44,304 bases of DNA from Casimicrobiaceae bacterium. GTDB lineage: Bacteria > Pseudomonadota > Gammaproteobacteria > Burkholderiales > Casimicrobiaceae. The stretch lies in the NCBI GenBank assembly GCA_035542515.1, contig DATKLH010000607.1:1-44304 (forward strand), read 5' to 3'. Of the stretch, positions 19,785 to 27,700 are shown in pieces. The notes under the pieces were generated by a model. That model had not been told where the DNA came from, made no database searches, and was given only the letters and a program-made list of their open reading frames with translations. The position numbers and the translations under genes were made by a program. Positions within the stretch are counted from its first letter, which is position 1. The number at the start of each line of letters is the position of its first letter.

Positions 19785-21263
19785 ATGGTAGAACGAAAGC
19801 TGCGCCCCACCCCCTCCCAGCTCCACATCCTGCCCTCCCGCAAGCCGGCCAAGCCCGGATCCTCCTCCGCCCCGAAGCTGTTCGTGCTCGACACCAATGT
19901 GTTGATGCACGATCCGACGAGCCTGTTCCGGTTCGAAGAGCACGACATCTATCTGCCGATCCTCACCCTCGAGGAGCTCGACGCCCACAAGAAGGGCACC
20001 TCGGAGGTTGCGCGCAACGCGCGCCAGGCATCGCGTTTCCTCGACGATCTTGTCACCGGCGCGGGGCCGGGGGCCGAGAGCATCGCACAGGGCATCGCGC
20101 TCGACGCGAAGTCGGGCGGCGCCGCCACCGGCAAGCTTTACCTGCAGACCGAGGCTATCGCAACGTCGCTGCCGCCGTCCCTCGCCGGCGGCAAGGCCGA
20201 CAACCAGATCCTCGCGGTGGTGATGCACCTGAACCATCTGCATCCCAAGCGCAACGTCGCGTTGGTGTCCAAGGACATCAACATGCGCATCAAGGCGCGC
20301 TCGCTGGGGCTTGCCGCCGAGGACTATTTCAACGACAAGGTTCTCGAGGACACCGAGCTGCTGTTCTCCGGCATGCGCGAGCTGCCGACGGACTTCTGGG
20401 AACGCCACGGCAAGAACATGGAGTCGTGGCCGCAGGGCGGGCATACCTATTATCGCCTCAGCGGGCCACTGGTTCCCTCGCTGCACGTCAACGAGTTCCT
20501 GTATTCGGAGCGACCGGGCGAAGCGCCGTTCTACGGGATCGTCAAGCAGATCGAAGGCAAGACCGCGCTGCTGTCGACGCTCAAGGACTATACGCACCAG
20601 AAGAACAACGTTTGGGGCATCACTGCGCGCAATCGCGAGCAGAATTTCGCGCTGAATCTGCTGATGAATCCCGACGTCGATTTCATCACGCTGCTCGGGC
20701 AGGCGGGCACCGGCAAGACGCTGCTCACGCTCGCGGCGGGGCTGATGCTCACGCTCGAGTTCAAGATCTATTCCGAGATCATCATGACCCGCGTGACGGT
20801 GCCCGTGGGCGAGGACATCGGCTTCCTTCCCGGCACCGAGGAAGAGAAGATGAATCCGTGGATGGGCGCGCTGGAAGACAACCTCGGCGTGCTCAACAAG
20901 ACCGACGACGAGGCCGGAGAGTGGGGGCGCGCCGCGACGCGCGATCTGATTCGCTCGCGTATCAAGGTGAAGAGCCTGAATTTCATGCGCGGCCGCACGT
21001 TCATCAACAAGTTCCTCATCATCGACGAAGCGCAAAACCTGACGCCGAAGCAGATGAAGACGCTGATCACGCGCGCAGGACCGGGAACCAAGGTCGTGTG
21101 CCTCGGCAACATCGCGCAGATCGACACGCCCTACCTCACCGAGGGCAGTTCGGGGCTGACCTATGTCGTCGACCGCTTCAAGGGATGGTCACATTCGGGG
21201 CACGTGACCTTGCAGCGTGGAGAGCGGTCGCGGCTGGCGGATCATGCGGCGGAGGTGTTGTAG
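19785..21263 (+). CDS. PIN-PhoH (PhoH2) family ATPase
   Basis: PIN domain FVLDTNVLMHDP...LEELD...DNQIL...VSKDINMR; Walker A GQAGTGKT; MRGRTF, IIDEAQNLT. Confidence 0.93.
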   Translation: MVERKLRPTPSQLHILPSRKPAKPGSSSAPKLFVLDTNVLMHDPTSLFRFEEHDIYLPILTLEELDAHKKGTSEVARNARQASRFLDDLVTGAGPGAESIAQGIALDAKSGGAATGKLYLQTEAIATSLPPSLAGGKADNQILAVVMHLNHLHPKRNVALVSKDINMRIKARSLGLAAEDYFNDKVLEDTELLFSGMRELPTDFWERHGKNMESWPQGGHTYYRLSGPLVPSLHVNEFLYSERPGEAPFYGIVKQIEGKTALLSTLKDYTHQKNNVWGITARNREQNFALNLLMNPDVDFITLLGQAGTGKTLLTLAAGLMLTLEFKIYSEIIMTRVTVPVGEDIGFLPGTEEEKMNPWMGALEDNLGVLNKTDDEAGEWGRAATRDLIRSRIKVKSLNFMRGRTFINKFLIIDEAQNLTPKQMKTLITRAGPGTKVVCLGNIAQIDTPYLTEGSSGLTYVVDRFKGWSHSGHVTLQRGERSRLADHAAEVL

Positions 21264-21304
21264 CGATTTTCATCAGCCGCCACTGGTATGGAAGCGGGCC
21301 GGCG

Positions 21305-21393
21305 GTCTAACGGCGTCCTTCATGTCTCGGTAACTATAGACGATCAGTAACTGATCGCGATTTCCGGCGGTAGCAATACAACCTTCGTTAGAC
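21305..21393 (-). other. attC-like site (89 bp) at the 3' end of the immunity gene
   Basis: GTCTAAC...GTTAGAC core boxes within a 9-bp perfect inverted repeat (GGTCTAACG/CGTTAGACC). The gene's TAA lies in the proximal box. A CGATCAG-TAA-CTGATCG hairpin sits 29 nt from each box. L-box pairing is poor. Confidence 0.4.
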
Positions 21394-21798
21394 CAAGTCA
21401 ACGCTTACCGCGGAAACTTCTTTCGCATCGGCATGTTCGGTCGGCTTTTCGAATTGTATTGAGAACAAATTGCCGTTGACGAGCCAAACCGCACCCGTGT
21501 TTTCGGTCATCTTGCCCCCTTCGATACGAAATTTGGCGAATAGCCGTTCACCAGACGTTGCATCAATACGCGTGTCAGAGTCCAAAGTTGGCTTTCCGCC
21601 GCGCATGACATAGCAATTGACCTCGCGGCCGCCGTCAAGTCGTTGCACGAGATTCACGCGTTTGATGCGCTCTTCAAATCTGAGTTGAACATCGGGCGGC
21701 AATTTGCTTCGGATTGCCGTAAGTACCGCAGTCTCCAGTTCGTTGAATGAAGGCGTTCCGCGCCTCAGAGCGCCCTTAAGACCCGCGAGGAACGCCAT
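21388..21798 (-). CDS. putative immunity protein for the RHS toxin
   Basis: 136 aa; ATG overlaps the toxin stop (TAATG); lower GC than flanking core genes; no recognisable family. Confidence 0.72.
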   Translation of the reverse strand: MAFLAGLKGALRRGTPSFNELETAVLTAIRSKLPPDVQLRFEERIKRVNLVQRLDGGREVNCYVMRGGKPTLDSDTRIDATSGERLFAKFRIEGGKMTENTGAVWLVNGNLFSIQFEKPTEHADAKEVSAVSVDLV

Positions 21799-24700
21799 TA
21801 GTTGCCCCATACTGACGCGGCGCCATATCCTGCCCCGCCTCCGCTTCCTTTCCATAACCACGGGATCCGATTCCACTGTTGAACGAGCATCGTGGGCATT
21901 GGGTTCAATGCCTTCCAAGCGCGGTCCATGAATCGATAGCGGTACGGATCGGACAACGCATGCTCAACGTCCGTCACAAAGTTTCCATTCAATAAACTTC
22001 GCGGTCCGCCCCATCGATTCGGAATCCAGTGAGAGAACTCGACGCCGGGCCCTGCCGTTCCTGCAAGCCTCAAACCTAGCGCTCCTCCAAGAAATGTGGA
22101 TTCCGCCATGCCCACCATCTCCCCAGCGAAGTACGGCCCGGATGTGCGATCAACCGATCCAATGTCGAAACGATCTCGAATCCATCTCGTAATGCCGAAC
22201 GATAGGTTATCACCGAAGCCCGCCGCAAAATCTACGACCCACTGGGGCGCTGGCGGCAGGTCTGCCCCGGGCGACGCACTCGCACCTGCAGCCTCATTAA
22301 AGAGGTAGCCAAATGCCGCAGTTACTGCCCCATTCGTGGCCTGATCGCCTGCTAGCCGGGAAGCAGCCGCGCCGATAGCTGCGTGACCCGCCAACTGTAC
22401 CGCGTACGGTCCTTGAATCAACGGCCCCGCGAACGCCGAGAACCCGCCCGACAGCGCGCCACCGCGACAGCTCCCGCCGGCTGCCGCCTGCTGGCCGCAT
22501 CCCAATCCGGCGTGCAGCGCGACATTTGCGGCGAACTCGTTCGTTCCAAACGCCGGCGTGTGGCCGGTGAGCGCGCCGATCCCGAAGTTCAGGCTCGCGA
22601 ATACCGCACCCTGCAAGGCACTTTCGATATTCCCGCCCTGGATTCCGCCCGCAGCGAAACCACCTGCAACGGCGCCGACGAAGTTCGCACTCGAAAACGC
22701 CTCGGTCGTAACCTCGAAGGGCGCGAGATCAGCAAGAAGCGCCGAAGGCACGTACCACTGCAATGTGGCCGCCGCAGCGATCGCGAGCAGCGGCTTGCGC
22801 CACTTGGTCCACCAGCTGAATCCGGTGGGATCGGTGAATGACAACGGATTGTTGAGGACGTAGGCGTAGCGGTTGTAGCTCTGTCCGTTGAGCGGGTCCT
22901 GCACGATGGGGTCGGCCTCGAGGAAGCGACCGACACCAGGGTCGTAGATGCGACCATTCATGTGCACCAAACCGACCTCGACCAACTGCTCGTGGCCGGT
23001 GTAGCCGCGCTCTTCGGCGTACGGTTCGCCGGTCGCAAGGACCGTCTGAGTGCGATTGCCCCAGGCGTCGTACGCGAACGACTGCTTGACCGTGCCGACT
23101 GCGTCGGTGATGACCACGACACTGCCGAGATGGTCCTTGTGCCAATAGCGGAGGTCGTTTGCGCCGTTGCTGCGCGCGGTGTAGAGGCCGATGACGCCTT
23201 CCGGTGTGCCGAGATAGTGGCGCTGTTCGAGCACCGCGTCCCCAGCGCGAAGGTGTTCCTCGTAATCACCGAGGTAGTACGTCGTGCCGCTGCTTGCAGC
23301 CCCGGCGCTCGTCTCCTTGATACGCGCGTGTGCGCCATCGTAGACGTACGCCAACGTGCCGCCCGGCCCTGCGATGGTCGAGGGAAGATTGAACGGTGCG
23401 TATGTCAACGCGCGCGTTACGCCCGCGTTGGTGATGGTGCCGACGTTGCCGTTTGCGTCGTAACCTGCATAACTGTTGCCGGCCGCCGACGACAATCGGT
23501 GCGTACCGGGCACGTACGCATACGTGCTTCCAGCCTTGACGCTGATGTTGCCGTCTGCGGAATACGACGCAGTGAGTCCCGCAAAATTGGTGAGCCGGTT
23601 GACGCGGTCGTAGGCGAACGTCTGTGCAGAGCCGCCGCTTTCCGGTCCGTTGCGACTGGTCAGGTTGCCGAGCGCGTCGAAGGCATACGACGCAGCTTGT
23701 GTCCCTCCGCTCGTGGAGATGCTCGCGACGCGACCAAAGCCATCGTAGCCCTTGGTGGTTGCCGCCGAACCGACCTGCATCGACTGGATCTGTCCATCCG
23801 CAAAGCGACTGTTGGCCTGCCAATGCACCGCTCCAGTGCTGGTTCCACGCCATTCCGCGACCTGATCGAGCACCCCGCTCCAGGGCGTGTAGCGATGCAC
23901 GACGATGTAGCCGCTGGGGTAAACCAGCTTGTCGACGCGACCGTTCACGTCGAACGTCGTGACGTGGTCGAAGCTCCGGCCATCGACCTGCGTCGTGTCC
24001 TTGAACGGACGACCCGCCGCGTCGAAGGTGCTCACGCGTCGCGTTTCCGGGTTGACGAGCGCCCCGCCTACCGACGTGCGCGCCGCCGTCGCGGTTCGAA
24101 CCTCGCAAAGCTTGCCGATGCCGTAAGCGCAGCCAGTGCCATCGGCGTACGCATCAAAGCTCGATATCGTCACGAAAGGCGTCGTCGACTCGCCCCCCGG
24201 ATGCTCCCGCCGCTCCACCACGCGACCGATCGCGTCGTAGAACATGCGCGTGACCTGTCCCTTCGCGTCCGTCTGCCGCACAAGTTGCCCGATGCCGTCG
24301 TACTCGTAGCTCCACGCCCCCGAATCCGCACTCGCCAGACCGATCTTGCGGCCGCGTCGGTCGTAGCTCAATTGCTCCGCGATGCCGGCCGGCCCGATCG
24401 TCTTGATCAGGTTCCCGTACGAATCGAAGACGAAGTCGGTCGATCCGTTTTCGCCGTCGGTCACCCGCACCGTCTGGCCTTGGCTGTTGACGTATTTCAC
24501 AATAGCCCGCGACGCGATTCCTGTACCGGTCTGCGTGAGCGTCGTGTACAGCCCGCCGCCTACCGAAGCCCCGTCGATGGTGAGGCCGGTAGCAGTAGTA
24601 ATCGCCTTGTAGGCGTAGGTCGTCGTGAGGGAAAGGCCGCTTCCGGTCGTCTGCTCGGTCAGGGGACGATTCAGCGGGTCGTACGACGAATACGTCGTCG

Positions 24701-27700
24701 TGATCGTTCCTGCACCAGCCGGTTTGGAAGTGGCGCTCTTGCGCCCAAGCGAGTCATATGCGGTCGAGACCTGCGCGTACGTTCCCGCATTGAAAGCCTT
24801 CGCTGCGGTCCGGGTCTCGCGCTGAAGCTCGTCGAAATAGGTCTGCGTCTCGGCGCCACCCGACACTAACGCGCGTGTTCGATAGCGCTCGAATCCCGTC
24901 AATCCCGACGTCTCGGTCGGCGCGAACGTCTCCTTCAGCCGATTGCCGCTTGCGTCGAGGATGCGCTCGCCGTACTTGCGGCCGAAGCCATCGTATAGAT
25001 TGTTCGTCACGACGCCGTTCGGGCCCTGCAGCATCACCATCAGGCCCCAGCGCGTGTCGAACTGACGCGATTCGCTTTGATTCAGGGCGTTGGTGACGAG
25101 CGTTGCGAACCGACCGTTGTAACCGAACTGCGTCGTTGTCGCGCGACTGTTCAGCGTCCCGGCGCGGTCTTTGAACTGTACCGTCGTGGCCACACGGTTT
25201 CCGTAACTATCGTATCGATAGCTGGTCTGCTGCCAAAGGCTATAGGCCGTTGCCGAATCGTTGACAAAATCCGGCTCGACAATCTCGTCGCACGACTGGC
25301 CTGCGGCGGCGCCGGTGCAGGTGCCGTTCATGCCCTGATAGGTGAATGCGGCGACGCGCTTGACCGCACCGAAACGTGGGTGCGTCAGCGTCGCGTCGGC
25401 TCTCGTCAATCGGCCAGGCAACCAGCGAGGGCCGGCATCGTTTTGATAGGTGTTGACGGTATCCTTGATGTAGCCGTCACTGCTGGTCACCGTGACCTGC
25501 TGCGGATTGCCGTACGCGTCCACGAATGCGAACGGCGTCGTCGTGGTCATGGTCGGAAGCGCGGATCCATCGAGCTCCCAGCTTTCGTCCACCGATTGCG
25601 AGAGATTGGATGTGACGATGACGGGCGCGCCGCCGCAGACCGAGCCGCAGCTCGAGGAACTGCGCATTTCCCAACTGTTGGTCGAGCGATTCACCAGGCG
25701 CAAGCTCGTCCCGAACAGCGTCGTGCCGCCCGTGAAGGCTGAGGACTGGCTGATGTCGGCGACGAAGGTTGCGGGATTCGGTGCGTACTTGCGCACCACC
25801 GATGGACGTCCCACAACGGCCCAGTTCGATGGATAACTCGAGGCCGCTACGCGCAGGTACTCGGTCTCCGTGACGATGTTGTTGCCGTCGCGTACCCGCT
25901 TCTTGAAGAATCCGTAGAGTCCCCTTCCATCGGTGCGACCGCGCAGATTCTCGTAGAAGTAGTCGTTCTTGAAGAAGCCGCCGATGCCATTGCTCTCGTC
26001 GGTATGTTTGACGACGTATAGGGGCGATTGGACGTCGAGCTCTCGCTGCGTGGGGGCGGCGCCGGCTCCCTTGCTGTAAACCGAGCCGTCGGTCAGGGGC
26101 GCATACGTGACCTGCGTCGTCGCGCCAAGCCCGGTAGTGATCTTCGTGAGCACATCGCCGAACCGCGGCCCGGCGGACAAGCCGAGCTGCCCATTGCAAC
26201 CGCCGGCCAGACATATCAGGTCGGTCTTGCCGTCACCATCGAAGTCACCCGTCAGCACCCATTGATTGAGGTCGGGATTGCTCTTGCCGATGACGGGTCC
26301 TGCCCAATTTGCGCACGCAAAGTCGCTTCCGGTCGACATGCACACCGTCCACGCGCGCGAGCTGCTATTCCAACTCGCGACGTCAGTGCGTCCGTCGCCG
26401 TTGAAGTCGCCATAGATGACTTTGGTGTTGCCGCTCGCCCCGGTGCCGTTCCAGACTCGGCAGCGCGGTGTGACCGTGCTGTCGTAGTAGCTGACCGCGG
26501 TGCCGCTCGCGTCGACGTAAGCGCCGTGGACGCCGGTCACGGGGTCGACATAGCCCGGGTCCCAGTGGACATACGGATCGCGAAACTCGAACGCGCCGTC
26601 CCCGGTAGACAAGCACACACGCCACTGGTTGACACCGCCTTCCGTGCTCGCGAGATCGGCGATGCCATCGCCGTTGAAGTCGTAGAGGACGGTGTTGTCG
26701 ACGCGCCCTTTCGCAGCCTGAATGAATCGATCATGGCAGACGAACGAGTTACTCGTGCCAGGTCCGAAGTCGGAGAAGCACGCCTTCCAGCGATCCTCGA
26801 GGTCGCTGTCGCTGCGACGACGAATCAGATCGGCCTTGCCGTCGCCGTTGACGTCGGCGACGAGCACCTGGTATTGCACGTTCGAATCGGTGAATGCTTC
26901 GCAACCCGACCCCTCGGCGGCTGAGCACGGCGTGTACGGATACGCGGGTAATCCATTGGCGACCTGCGAGTTCAGGTTTTGCTGATAGCACGCGAAGCCG
27001 GTATCGCGGTTGAGACAGACCTCGTATACCGCATTGCCAAGGTAGGTCACCACGTCGATGCGCCCGTCGCCGTCGAAGTCGCCGCGAAACGTCGGCCCGT
27101 TCGGCTTGCTGGTCTTCCACGTCCCGGCTGCCGGGGTGCATGCGAACTGGCCATCGGAGAGGCAGAGGGTCCAATTGCCGCTGCTATCGCTCCACGCGAG
27201 GTCGACCTTGCCGTCGTTGTTGGCATCGAGCAGCTCGAGCTGGAGCGTCCCGCTTCCGTAGAACGCCGAGGAATCCTGGTCGACGACGCGTGTCGCAGAC
27301 GAGTTGAATACGCCGTTGCTGCCGCAGGTGAATCCCGCGCCGTTCGCAAGGCACACGACCAATTCGTGCACGTACCATCCGGGAAGGAACGGATGCGGGC
27401 GCGTGCGCCAACCCAGCAGGTCGCTCAAGCCGTCGCCGTTCCAGTCTCCCACCATCACGCCGGGATCCCCCTGGTTGCTCGGGTTGATCCCGAACGGCAC
27501 GACGACCGAAGACTGCGCGAATGTCCGCCCCGTTGCGTTCCAACCGGTCGCGGAATCGTTCGCGGCCCATGCAAACAACGTGGCAGGCAAGGCCACACCG
27601 TCGGAACCGTATCGCGTGACCGACTGGAGCAGGCTTCGCCCCGTCTGCTGGCTTGCCGTATACGCGAGCCCGAAGCGAGTGGAGATGGTTCCCTCCGCCA

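Noticed and set aside
22962-24869. Long antisense or alternate-frame ORFs here and across the window (e.g. 163-1839, 9399-10823, 35341-36852)
   Set aside because: They are Arg/Ala-rich shadows of real genes, expected in high-GC DNA, with no recognisable motifs.
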